Positions 18,500 through 28,100 of a stretch of DNA of 58,981 nucleotides are shown here, piece by piece. A model generated the notes under the pieces. It was not told the origin of the DNA. It ran no database searches and worked only from the letters and a program-made list of their open reading frames with translations. Position 1 is the stretch's first letter; each line of letters starts with the position of its first letter. Where the stretch lies: assembly GCA_964585785.1 (NCBI GenBank), contig CAZPFL010000004.1, positions 1-58,981 of the forward strand. The letters are read 5' to 3'. Origin of the DNA: an uncultured Rhodospirillaceae bacterium (GTDB lineage: Bacteria; Pseudomonadota; Alphaproteobacteria; UBA8366). The translations under genes and the position numbers were made by a program.

Positions 18500-19512
18500 C
18501 GTGAAGGCGCGGCCGGCGGATGGCAGGCGCAGATACGGCCCACCACCGCGCCCACGCTGTTCTTGATCGGGACCTCGGCGATATCGGCCAGCGCGGCGGC
18601 TTCGTCGGCGCTGAGCAGCTTGAGCTCGCGAAGGACAGCGAGCAGCGCGACCATGCGGGCGCGCGAATTACCGTCCGCGATCTTGAGCGCGATGCCGAGC
18701 TGCTGGTCCGGGATGAAGGCGACGAGGTAGCCTTCCGCCCCGCCTTTCATGATGACGCGGCCGCTGGTCGCTTCCGAGAGCCGGACATTCGGCTGGCCGG
18801 TTCCGGCGACGAGGCGGGGATGCGCGCGCATCGCCTCCTGCAGCCGATAGATCGCCGCGCCGTGCTTGTCCGTGCCGCCCGCGGCGGCGGCGTAGCGCGC
18901 CATGCTGCGCGCCATGTCGGCCATGGAAAGCGCCGGGGCCGGCAAGGTGCAGCCGTCGACGCCGAGCGGCAGCGCATGCGCGTCGCCGTGCAGCAGGTCC
19001 GAGAAATTGTCGAGATAGAGCTGCTGCGTCGGGTGCGCGGGATCGTCGTAGCCTTCCACCGGCCAGCCCATGTGCCGCGCCACGGTGAGATAGCCGCAAT
19101 GCTTGCCCGAGCAGTTGTGGAAGATGCGCGACGGCTCGATGCCGTTGCGGATCAGGTCGGTCACCGTGTCCTTGTCGCTTGGATAGTCGGGGCCGCAGGC
19201 GAGGGCCGCTTCCGAGAGCCCGAGCCGGTCGAGCCAGGCGGTGACGCGCGCGGTGTGGATCGGCTCGCCCCGGTGCGACGCGCAGGCCAGCGCCAGGTCT
19301 TCCGGCTCGAGGCCGAAGGCGTCCGCGGCGCCTGTTTCGACCAGCGCGATCGCCTGGATCGGCTTCAGTGACGAGCGCGGAAAGGTGACGAGGCTGGTAT
19401 CGCCCCAGCCGTAGATGACCTCGCCGCGCGCATTGGCCACCGCGGCCGCGCCGAGGTGAACGCTCTCGACGGCGGGACCCCGCCAGACTTCGGCGAACCT
19501 TGCGTATTCCAT
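18496..19512 (-). CDS. Asparaginase II family protein (Rhizobium-type L-asparaginase)
   Basis: 338 aa. FPRSSLKPIQAIALVETGA, ACASHRGEP and NCSGKHCG are the conserved blocks of the PF06089-type family as I recall it. Confidence 0.8.
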   Translation of the reverse strand: MEYARFAEVWRGPAVESVHLGAAAVANARGEVIYGWGDTSLVTFPRSSLKPIQAIALVETGAADAFGLEPEDLALACASHRGEPIHTARVTAWLDRLGLSEAALACGPDYPSDKDTVTDLIRNGIEPSRIFHNCSGKHCGYLTVARHMGWPVEGYDDPAHPTQQLYLDNFSDLLHGDAHALPLGVDGCTLPAPALSMADMARSMARYAAAAGGTDKHGAAIYRLQEAMRAHPRLVAGTGQPNVRLSEATSGRVIMKGGAEGYLVAFIPDQQLGIALKIADGNSRARMVALLAVLRELKLLSADEAAALADIAEVPIKNSVGAVVGRICACHPPAAPSR

Positions 19513-19605
19513 CCCGGCCTTCCTTGCCTTACCGCGATGGCCGATCTGTTAGCAGCAGGACCGGATTTTGGCCAAGGCTAAATGTGGACAGGGTGCTCCG
19601 CGCCG

Positions 19606-20307
19606 TCATTCCGCGGCTTGGGCGGGTGCGGCCAGGGTCGGTGCGGCCTCCGGCTCGGGCGACAGCGCCGGATTCGGCAGCTCCGCGCTTTGCTTCATCG
19701 GCATGGCCTGCCGCGCCCGCGAATAGCGCCAGACGCTCGCCGGCGGGACGTTCATGAGGACCCAGGCGGACCGGTCCTTGACCAGCTTCAGCGACTGCGC
19801 GATGGCGCGCGGCACCGGCGACAGCGGGCCATAGGTGAACTGCACGAAGACGCCGTCCTGCGCCAATACGTTGAAGGCCTGCGCGAGAATCTCGTTGCGT
19901 TGTTGCTCGGGAATCGACAGAAGCGGAAGCCCCGACAGGACGGCCTTGAAGGGACCGATGCCGCGAACGCGCATCAGCGTTTCCAGGCGGCGGGCGTCGC
20001 CCCGGATGACGCGGACGTCGGGAAACCGCGCGCGGATCATCGAACAGAAAGATGAGGCTTTTTCAAGTACGACGATGTCGCGCGGGTTCACGCCGATTTC
20101 GATGCAAGCCTTCGTAATGGTGCCCGTGCCGCCACCAAGCTCCAGCACGAGGCCTGGCTTCGCCATGTCGATCTGCCGCGCCATGGCGTGCGCGAGGGAG
20201 CGTCCGCTCGGTAAAATGGCACCCACCGCCGCCGGGCGCCGTACCCATTGCGCCAGGAATTCAAGGGCATCCGGTATGTCACTGTCGTCAAACGGCTTCA
20301 ATGCCAT
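19606..20307 (-). CDS. Class I SAM-dependent methyltransferase (phospholipid N-methyltransferase-like, COG3963 type)
   Basis: 233-aa product from MALKPFDDSD. SAM motif I is VLELGGGTGTITKA, with the upstream AVGAILPSGRSLA block. Confidence 0.7.
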   Translation of the reverse strand: MALKPFDDSDIPDALEFLAQWVRRPAAVGAILPSGRSLAHAMARQIDMAKPGLVLELGGGTGTITKACIEIGVNPRDIVVLEKASSFCSMIRARFPDVRVIRGDARRLETLMRVRGIGPFKAVLSGLPLLSIPEQQRNEILAQAFNVLAQDGVFVQFTYGPLSPVPRAIAQSLKLVKDRSAWVLMNVPPASVWRYSRARQAMPMKQSAELPNPALSPEPEAAPTLAAPAQAAE

Positions 20308-20530
20308 GTCGTCCTCGAGGTTAGTGTAGTCGTCGCCAACATGGCTCTCCGACGCGAAACATACCGCGGTATCCGAAGAGTCGGAAAAATCCCCGCGATG
20401 CATAGGATTATGTCGCGGCTGCGGTGCGCCTTTGCAAGATATTCCCGTGCGACGCCTGAGGGCAACGTCAAGTTTTTCTCATATTGCCGCAGGCGCTGCC
20501 GCAGCAATCGCAGACGCAACGCGCCGGGTC

Positions 20531-22861
20531 TCATGCGGCCGATTTCGCCGTCTGAATGGCCCGCCAGACGCGCGCGGGCGTCGCCGGCATCTCGAGATGC
20601 GTGATGCCGAGCGGCGCGAGCGCGTCGTTGATCGCATTCATCACCGCCGCCAGCGCACCGACCGTGCCCGCCTCGCCGACGCCCTTGACGCCGAGCGGGT
20701 TGGTCTTGGTCGGGACCGGGTAGGCCGAGACGTCGAAGGCGCAGAAATCGGCGGCGCGCGGCATCGCATAGTCCATGAAGGACCCGGTCAGGATCTGGCC
20801 GCTTCCCTCTTCGTAGACGATGTTCTCCATAAGCGCCTGGCCCGCGCCCTGAACGATGCCGCCATGCACCTGCCCCTTGACCAGCAGCGGGTTCAGCTCG
20901 ATGCCGCAGTCGTCGATCACCGAATAGCGCTGGATCGCGACCTCGCCCGTCTCCGGCGTGATTTCCACCTCGCAGATATGGCAGCCGTTGGGGAAATTCG
21001 CCTTCGTCGCGTTGAAGGTGGCCAACTCGAAGAGGCCGGGCTCCAGGCCGGGCGGCAGCTTGTCCGGTGCGAAGGCGGCCGAGGCGACCGACTTGAAGGG
21101 GACCGACCGGTCGGTGCCGGCGATCGTGAAGGTACCGTCTTCCAGCGTGATGTCCTGCTCGGAGGCTTCCAGGATATGCGCCGCGATCTTGCGCGCCTTG
21201 GCGATGACCTTCTCGGTCGCCATCAGCACGGCCGAGGTGCCGATCGCCGCGGTCCGCGACCCGCCGGTGCCGGTGCCGAAGGAGACCTTGTCGGTGTCGC
21301 CTTCGATGACGCGGATGTCCTCGGGCGCGAGTCCGAGCTTCTCGCACACGAGCTGCTTGTAGATGGTCGCATGTCCCTGGCCGTGCGGCGTTGACCCGGC
21401 GAGGATGATCGCCGTGCCCGACGGATCGAAGCGCAGCTCGGCGGTCTCGGTCGACGGGCCGGCGGCCTGCTCGATGGTGTAGGAAATACCCACGCCGCGG
21501 AGCTTTCCGTCTGCTTCCGACTGCCTGCGGCGGTCGGCGAAGCCGGCGTAGTCCGCCTTGGCAAGCGTCTTGTCGAAAACCGTCTCGAACTCGCCGCAGT
21601 CATAGGTGAAGGTGAGCGCGGTCTTGTAAGGCATCGCGGTCGGCGGAACGAAGTTGCGCCGCCGCAGCTCCGCCGGGTCGATGTCGAGGCCGCGCGCGGC
21701 GATGTCGATGATGCGCTCGAGGATGTAGGACGCCTCCGGCCGGCCGGCGCCGCGATAGGGCGAGAGCGGCGACGTGTTGGTGAACACCGCCGAGACGGCG
21801 ACATGGATCGCCTGGAAGGTATAGACGCCGGCAAGGCCGCCGAGATTGTTGGTCGGCGGACCGAACCCCATCAGGGAGAGGTAGGCCCCGACGGCGGCGC
21901 TCGTCCGCACCCGGAGGGCGAGGAATTTGCCGTCCTTGTCGAGCGCCAGCTCGACGTCGCTGACGTTGTCGCGCGCGTGATCGTCGGCCATGAAGCCTTC
22001 GCTCCGGTCACAGCGCCACTTCACCGGGCGGCCGATCCGTTTCGATGCCCAGGCCGTGAGCGGGATCTCGGGATACAGCGCGCCTTTCATGCCGAAGGAG
22101 CCGCCCATGTCCCCGGTGATCAGCCGCAGCTTGTTCTCGGGAATCTTGAACAGGTTCTTGGTCAGCGTCGTGCGCCAGGCATAGGGACGCTGCACGCCGG
22201 TATGGATGGTGTAATGGCCCTCGCCGTCGTCGTAATAGGCCAGCGCGCCGCGCGGCTCCATCGTATTGGCGTGGATGCGGTTGATCACGAAGCGCTGGCG
22301 AAAGACATGCGCCGCCGATTTAATCGCCGCGTCCGCCCCGTCCTTGTCGCCGAGTTCGCGAAAGAAGCATTCGTTGTCCGGGCATTCGTCCCAAATCGCG
22401 GGCGTGCCCTGGGCGGTCGCCTTGGCGGTATCGACATTCGCGGGAAGCGGCGCGTAGTCCACCTCGACCGCTTCCGCGGCGTCCTTGGCCGTGTTCACCG
22501 ACTCCGCCACGACCATGGCGACGATCTGCCCCACGTGGCGCGCCCGGTCCTTGGTGATCGCGGGCCGCGGCGGCCGGAACATCGGGGAGCCGTCGCGCCG
22601 CTTCAGCGGCGATGCGCCGGTGATGTAGCCCAGGCCGTCCGCTTCGTAGTCGGCGCCGGTCAGGACCGCAATCACACCCGGCATCGCCAGCGCGGCTCTC
22701 GCGTCGATGCTCTTGATCTCCGCATGCGCGTGCGGTGACCGGACCATCACGGCATAGGCCTGGTTGATCATGTTGTTGTCGTCGACATAAAGGCCATGGC
22801 CGCGCAGCAGGCGGGGATCTTCGGTACGGGGAACGGGTTGGCCGACGGCGTACTTCAACAT
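20531..22861 (-). CDS. Xanthine dehydrogenase/aldehyde oxidase family molybdopterin-binding large subunit (form-II CoxL-like)
   Basis: 776-aa product from MLKYAVGQPVPRTEDPRLLRGHGLYVDD (GGAGGGAG upstream). It carries SPYRGAGRPEA, the AYRGAGR-type motif, not the VAYRCSFR of true CO dehydrogenases. Confidence 0.9.
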   Translation of the reverse strand: MLKYAVGQPVPRTEDPRLLRGHGLYVDDNNMINQAYAVMVRSPHAHAEIKSIDARAALAMPGVIAVLTGADYEADGLGYITGASPLKRRDGSPMFRPPRPAITKDRARHVGQIVAMVVAESVNTAKDAAEAVEVDYAPLPANVDTAKATAQGTPAIWDECPDNECFFRELGDKDGADAAIKSAAHVFRQRFVINRIHANTMEPRGALAYYDDGEGHYTIHTGVQRPYAWRTTLTKNLFKIPENKLRLITGDMGGSFGMKGALYPEIPLTAWASKRIGRPVKWRCDRSEGFMADDHARDNVSDVELALDKDGKFLALRVRTSAAVGAYLSLMGFGPPTNNLGGLAGVYTFQAIHVAVSAVFTNTSPLSPYRGAGRPEASYILERIIDIAARGLDIDPAELRRRNFVPPTAMPYKTALTFTYDCGEFETVFDKTLAKADYAGFADRRRQSEADGKLRGVGISYTIEQAAGPSTETAELRFDPSGTAIILAGSTPHGQGHATIYKQLVCEKLGLAPEDIRVIEGDTDKVSFGTGTGGSRTAAIGTSAVLMATEKVIAKARKIAAHILEASEQDITLEDGTFTIAGTDRSVPFKSVASAAFAPDKLPPGLEPGLFELATFNATKANFPNGCHICEVEITPETGEVAIQRYSVIDDCGIELNPLLVKGQVHGGIVQGAGQALMENIVYEEGSGQILTGSFMDYAMPRAADFCAFDVSAYPVPTKTNPLGVKGVGEAGTVGALAAVMNAINDALAPLGITHLEMPATPARVWRAIQTAKSAA

Positions 22862-23276
22862 GTGCTCTCTCCCTCCAAGCTTGCGCGCGACCGCCCCGAA
22901 CGGAATTACGGGGCCACGTCGTGGCTTTTTTAAGACGGCTATTGAATGCGGCGCGTTTTGGTTTTGGTGTGTTGGATGGTGACGGCGGCGCGGCGGGCCC
23001 GCTTCTTCTCTTTGGATGACAAGCTTAACGGCAATCGCGGCATGAAATCCAGCGCCGGGCGAAGGCCCCGCTTGGCCGGCGCCCACCCGACGCTTGAATC
23101 GGCTGCTCCTGCACTAAATGGATGCAACGGTATGGTTTTGGGCGCCGATGGGGTATCGTTGCCTCTGTCAGGCACGCGAGCGAGAAGGATCGATCGGAAC
23201 CAAGCCTGCGCGGCGAACGTCGAAGTCGGCAAATTCGCCTGGAGAACAGTGAGCACGTATCCGTCTGCCCGAACGA

Positions 23277-25109
23277 ATGCATTGGCTTGGAAAGCCTTTT
23301 GGCTTGTTATGTCTGATCGTCCTTCTGGTGGCGAGGGTGCCGGCTTTTGCAGCCGATGATGGTGCGCCGGGCGAAAAGGATGCCGCCGACGCGGCGGCTC
23401 AGGACAGCGGGCTCAAATACGAGCCAACGATTGCCGGGGTCGCGAATAGCGATCTCTACGACTTGCTGAAATCCTCTTCTCAACTGTTTTCCCTGATCGA
23501 CCGGCAGCCGGCGACGATCGCCTCGCTCGAGCGCCGGGCCCAGAGCGACCTGGCGCGCCTGGGCGAAGCGCTCCGATCGGAGGGCTATTACGATGCGTCG
23601 CTCAGCTACCACATGGAACGGAACAAGACGCCGATCCCGGTGCGGATCGACGTGGTGCCGGGACCGCGCTACACGCTTCGCGGCTTTGCGATCGCCTACG
23701 AGAAATCGCCGCCCGAAGCGGCGGCGCAGCCGTCGCTCGGCGATATCGGCATCAAGCTCGGGATGCCTGCGCGGGCGCCCGACGTGCGGGCCGCGGAACG
23801 TAAGACCGTCGCCGTCTTGCAGGACCGTGGCTATCCCTTCGCCAAATCGGCTGGCCTGAAGGCGACGGTCGATCACACGACGCATGCGATGACGGTGAAC
23901 CTCGCCGTCGATGCCGGGCCGCGCGCGACATTCGGGCCCTTGCGCATAGGCGCCTTGAAGTCGGTGAAGGAGGACTACATCCGCCGCATCGCCGATTGGC
24001 ACGAAGGCGCGGTGTTCGATGAGCGGAAGCTGGACAGCGTGCGCGCGGCGCTCAATGGAACCGGCCTTTTTTCGAGCGTGACGATCACGAAGGCGGCGCA
24101 GCTCGACAAGGATGGACGGCTGCCGGTCACCGTCGACGTGATCGATGGGCCGCACCGCTCGATCGGCGCGGGGCTGCGCTACTCGACCGATATCGGGTTC
24201 GGCGCGGACGTATTTTGGGAAAACCGCAATTTCTTCCATCGCAACGAGACGCTGGGTGTCACCGTTACCGGCGCGCAGATCGAGCAGAGCGGCAAGATCA
24301 GCTTCCGGAAGCCGGCCTTCCTCCAGCTCAATCAGGCCTTGCTGGCGAATGCCGGGGTCTCGAACCAGAACACCGACGCTTACGACCAGCAGAACGTGGC
24401 CGGGACGGTCTCGCTCGAGCGGCCGCTGTTCGAGAAATGGAAAGGAACGGCCGGCGTAACCGCGAGCTACGACTTCCTCAAGGACAGCGAGGGGCAGCAG
24501 CAGGTGCAGCTGTTCGGCCTCCCGCTCACCGCGACGCGGGCGACGGTGGACAACCCGCTCAACCCGACCCGCGGCGCGCTTATCGATCTCGCCGCGACAC
24601 CCTATATAGGCTCCAGCTCGCAAGCGCTCCGGTTCCTCCGCATGACGGGGAACGGCTCAACCTATTATGCGATCGACAAGGAGAAGCGATACATTCTCGC
24701 AGGCCGCATGAAGCTCGGATCGATCCTCGGCGAATCTGCCGCGTCTTTGCCCGCCGACAAGCGCTTCTACGCGGGCGGCGGCGGCTCGGTCCGGGGCTAC
24801 GCATACCAAAAGGTCGGGCCGCTGGACGAAAATCGCAGCCCGCTCGGCGGCAAGTCGCTGCTGGAGCTGAGCACGGAGCTGCGCATCCGCGTCACCGAAA
24901 AGATCGGCCTCGTGCCTTTCATCGACGGCGGCGCGGTGTCGGCCCAGCCCTATCCGGATTTCCGGGACGGCATGCAATGGGCCGGTGGGCTCGGGCTGCG
25001 TTACTTCACCGGCTTCGGGCCGCTCCGGCTCGACGTCGCGACGCCGATCAATCCGCGGCCGGGTGACGGCGTCATCGAGTTCTACGTCAGTTTTGGCCAG
25101 GCCTTCTGA
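23277..25109 (+). CDS. tamA: Translocation and assembly module outer-membrane protein TamA (Omp85/BamA family)
   Basis: 610 aa. Signal peptide MHWLGKPFGLLCLIVLLVARVPAFA, a POTRA-like N-terminal part and an Omp85 barrel ending in RLDVATPINPRPGDGVIEFYVSFGQAF (terminal aromatic). It sits directly upstream of a TamB-type gene. Confidence 0.85.
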   Translation: MHWLGKPFGLLCLIVLLVARVPAFAADDGAPGEKDAADAAAQDSGLKYEPTIAGVANSDLYDLLKSSSQLFSLIDRQPATIASLERRAQSDLARLGEALRSEGYYDASLSYHMERNKTPIPVRIDVVPGPRYTLRGFAIAYEKSPPEAAAQPSLGDIGIKLGMPARAPDVRAAERKTVAVLQDRGYPFAKSAGLKATVDHTTHAMTVNLAVDAGPRATFGPLRIGALKSVKEDYIRRIADWHEGAVFDERKLDSVRAALNGTGLFSSVTITKAAQLDKDGRLPVTVDVIDGPHRSIGAGLRYSTDIGFGADVFWENRNFFHRNETLGVTVTGAQIEQSGKISFRKPAFLQLNQALLANAGVSNQNTDAYDQQNVAGTVSLERPLFEKWKGTAGVTASYDFLKDSEGQQQVQLFGLPLTATRATVDNPLNPTRGALIDLAATPYIGSSSQALRFLRMTGNGSTYYAIDKEKRYILAGRMKLGSILGESAASLPADKRFYAGGGGSVRGYAYQKVGPLDENRSPLGGKSLLELSTELRIRVTEKIGLVPFIDGGAVSAQPYPDFRDGMQWAGGLGLRYFTGFGPLRLDVATPINPRPGDGVIEFYVSFGQAF

Positions 25110-25118
25110 ACGCGCGTC

Positions 25119-28100
25119 ATGAAACGAGTCGTCATCGCCCTTCTTGCGTTGCTCGGCGTCATCGCGGTCCTTGGCGCCGCGGTGCTGCTGTGGCTGCCGA
25201 GCGAGAGCGGCAGGGCCTGGATCGCGCAAGAGATCGCGCGTCGCGCCAGCACGCCCGGCGAGACGCTCGTGTCGATCGGCCGGCTCGAGGGCGACCTCTA
25301 CCACCAGCTCCGCTTCGCCGATATCCGGGTTGCCGACAGCGCGGGCGACTGGCTCACCGTCGGTTCGGCCAAGATCGACTGGCAGCCTCTCGGCCTGTTG
25401 CGCGGCAAGCTGGTGCTCGACCGGGTCGATATCCGCAATGTGGCCGTGGCGCGGCTGCCGGAAACGCCCCCGTCCGCCAAGGAGCCATCGCTCGCCGAAC
25501 GGCTGGACGCCCTTCGCGACCTGCCGGCCATCCGTATCCGCGATCTCAACGTCGAGGATGTGGCGCTCGGCCAACCGGTTGTCGGTGAGCGCGCGGTGCT
25601 GCGCGTCACGGGTCACGTGGAAGCGGTGGCACCGTCCGCGATCCAGGGCAAGCTTTCGGTGCGCCGGATGGACGGACCGGCCGGCAGCCTGGATGCCACG
25701 GGCGCGTATGACACCGACCGCACGTCGCTCACCCTCAATGTGTCGCTGGAGGAGCCCGCTGGCGGATTGATCGCGCGCGCACTCGATGTTCCGGCGTTGC
25801 CGGCGCTGCAAGGCGAAGCGAAAGGCGCGGGGCCCTTGTCCGACTGGAAGGGGCACGTCGCCTTTTCCTTCGCGCAAGTGGCGGCGATGCGCGCGGATGT
25901 CGCGATCCGTCATACCACGGCGACCGATTTCACGGTCGATGGGACCGCGACCATTCCGCCCGGTGACCGCGGCTTCGCCCGGCGGCTCGTCTCCGGCACG
26001 CACCGCTTCCGTGTCGACGGCAGCTATAAGCGCGGCGATGCCCTTACCTTGTCCCAGATGCAGTGGACCGCGCCGCTCTTCACCTTCGCCGCCGGCGGTA
26101 CGATGAACCTCGATACGCTCGCCGTCGACGGGCGCGCCTCGCTCAAGACCACGAGGGCCGGCCCACTGACGCTGGCGCCGGCGGATGCGAGTATCGGCGC
26201 CTTGACCGCGGAGATCACGGCGTCGGGGCGGCTGCCGGCGCCAGACCTGACCGTCGCGTTCGACGCGGGCCACTTGGCCGTCGCGGACGCCGGGACGGGC
26301 GACCTTCACGGAACCTTCGCCCTTACGCCGCAGGGCCGCAACCGGGGGCGGGTCGACGGCACCGCAACGCTGGACGCGATCAAGCTTGCGGGCCGGCCGG
26401 CCGTGCAAGCGCTGTTGGGGGACAAGGCAACGCTTCGCCTGTCGGGCGGCGTGGATTTCGCCCGGTCCCTCGTTACGCTCGATAAGGCAAGCGTGGCCGC
26501 CGCGGCCGGTGAGCTTTCCGGCAGCGGCCGTTATGGCTGGGCGGACGGCAACGGCACCGCAAAGGCGATGCTCAGCCTGCCCGATCTGGCGGCGCTCAAG
26601 ACGGCGGCGGCGCCGACGCTCACCGGCCACGTCACCGTCTCGCTCGACGCGGCGCTGCGTGATTTCGGGGACACGGCGACAGGGCGTCTTTCCGGCGCGG
26701 CGACCGATCTCAACCTCGGCAATACGGCTGCGGACGCAATTCTCACTCGAACGCCCAAGCTGGACGCGGAGCTGTCGCTCGCCGGCGGCAAGCTCGCAAT
26801 CAAGCCGCTGACCGTGACCTCCGCCGCCGCCGACCTGCAGTTCGACGCGGCGCTCGACACGGCGAGCGGCGCCGTCTCGGGCACGTATCGCGTTAACGTC
26901 GCGGGCGGGACGCCGCTTCGGGCGGCGGATAACGTCGCGGTCGATTGCGTATGCCGCCTGTCCGGACGCCTGCGCGGGACGCTGCAGAAGCTGGGCGTCA
27001 CCGGCGACCTTGCCGTGCAAGCGTTGCGCGCCGAGCCGGTCGCGCTGCGCGCCCTCGCCGCGGACTATGACCTCGGTGGGCTGCCGAATGCGCTGAGCGG
27101 CACGGTCAAGCTGAAGGCCGCGACTCCCGTCGGGCCGGCCACGGCACAGACGAAGGTCGCGCTGGCGCAGGATCGGCTGCGCTTGAGCGACCTGCAGGCC
27201 GAGGCGGCGACCGCGACGGCGCGCGGCGCGCTCGACCTGCCGCTGACCGACGCGCCGGCGACCGGCGATATCGCGCTCGACGTCAAAGACCTGAAGGCCT
27301 GGTTTACCGCAGCAGGGCTCGACGGGGGCGGCAGCGCGACCGGACAGGTCAAGCTGCGCGCCGACGGCAAGCGCCAGGTCGTCGATGGCGCGGCCACGAT
27401 CGCCAAGCTGCGGCTCCGCGGCGCGCCCGGCGCGCCGGGCATCGCCTTCGACCAGGTGGCGATTGATGCGGGCACGACCGATCTCGGCGCGGGCGACAAG
27501 AACAAGATCGATATCCGGATGACCAAAGGCGCGGTCGGCGCCGCCGCCCTGGCGCGTGTCGCCCTGACGGCGCAGGGTTCGCCATCGAAGGCCCGTCTGT
27601 CGGTCTCGGCCAAGGGTGACTGGAAGGGCGCCCTCGCCGTGGACGCCGCGGGCGACTATGCCGAGAAGGGCGGCCGGCGATCGCTCGACCTCACGCGGCT
27701 CGACGGCGCGCTGATCGGCGAGAAGCTCGCGCTGCAAAAGCCGCTACGGCTGGCCTGGGGCGAGAGCGGCGTCACCGCTGAACCGGTCGCGCTCGCCTTG
27801 GGCGACGCCCGGCTCAGCGGCCATGCGCGCACCGGCAAGGAAAGCGCCGATGTGTCGCTCAACCTCACGGGGGCGCCGCTGAAACTGATCGATGCGTTCT
27901 GGCCCCTGGGCTTGAACGGCAAGGCCGACGGGACGCTCGAATTCAAGGGGCGATGGCCGGAAGCGGCCGGCAAGCTCTCGCTCGCCGTTCCGCGCCTTCG
28001 GCTCGGCGATGCGCCGGACGCCCCCGCGCTCGCGATCGACGTGAACGGCGACTGGCGGCGCGGACGCCTGGCGCTCAACGGCACGATCAAAGCGAACGAG

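Noticed and set aside
20531-22861. Calling this gene the carbon monoxide dehydrogenase large subunit, coxL.
   Set aside because: The active-site loop is of the YRGAGR type rather than VAYRCSFR, and there are no coxM, coxS or accessory cox genes.
24657-27737. A 1026-aa ORF antisense to tamA/tamB.
   Set aside because: It is a typical high-GC artefact. The product is Arg/Gly/Ala/Pro/Asp-rich and low in complexity, with no recognisable domain. The opposite strand encodes a convincing TamB with a signal anchor and a DUF490-like end.
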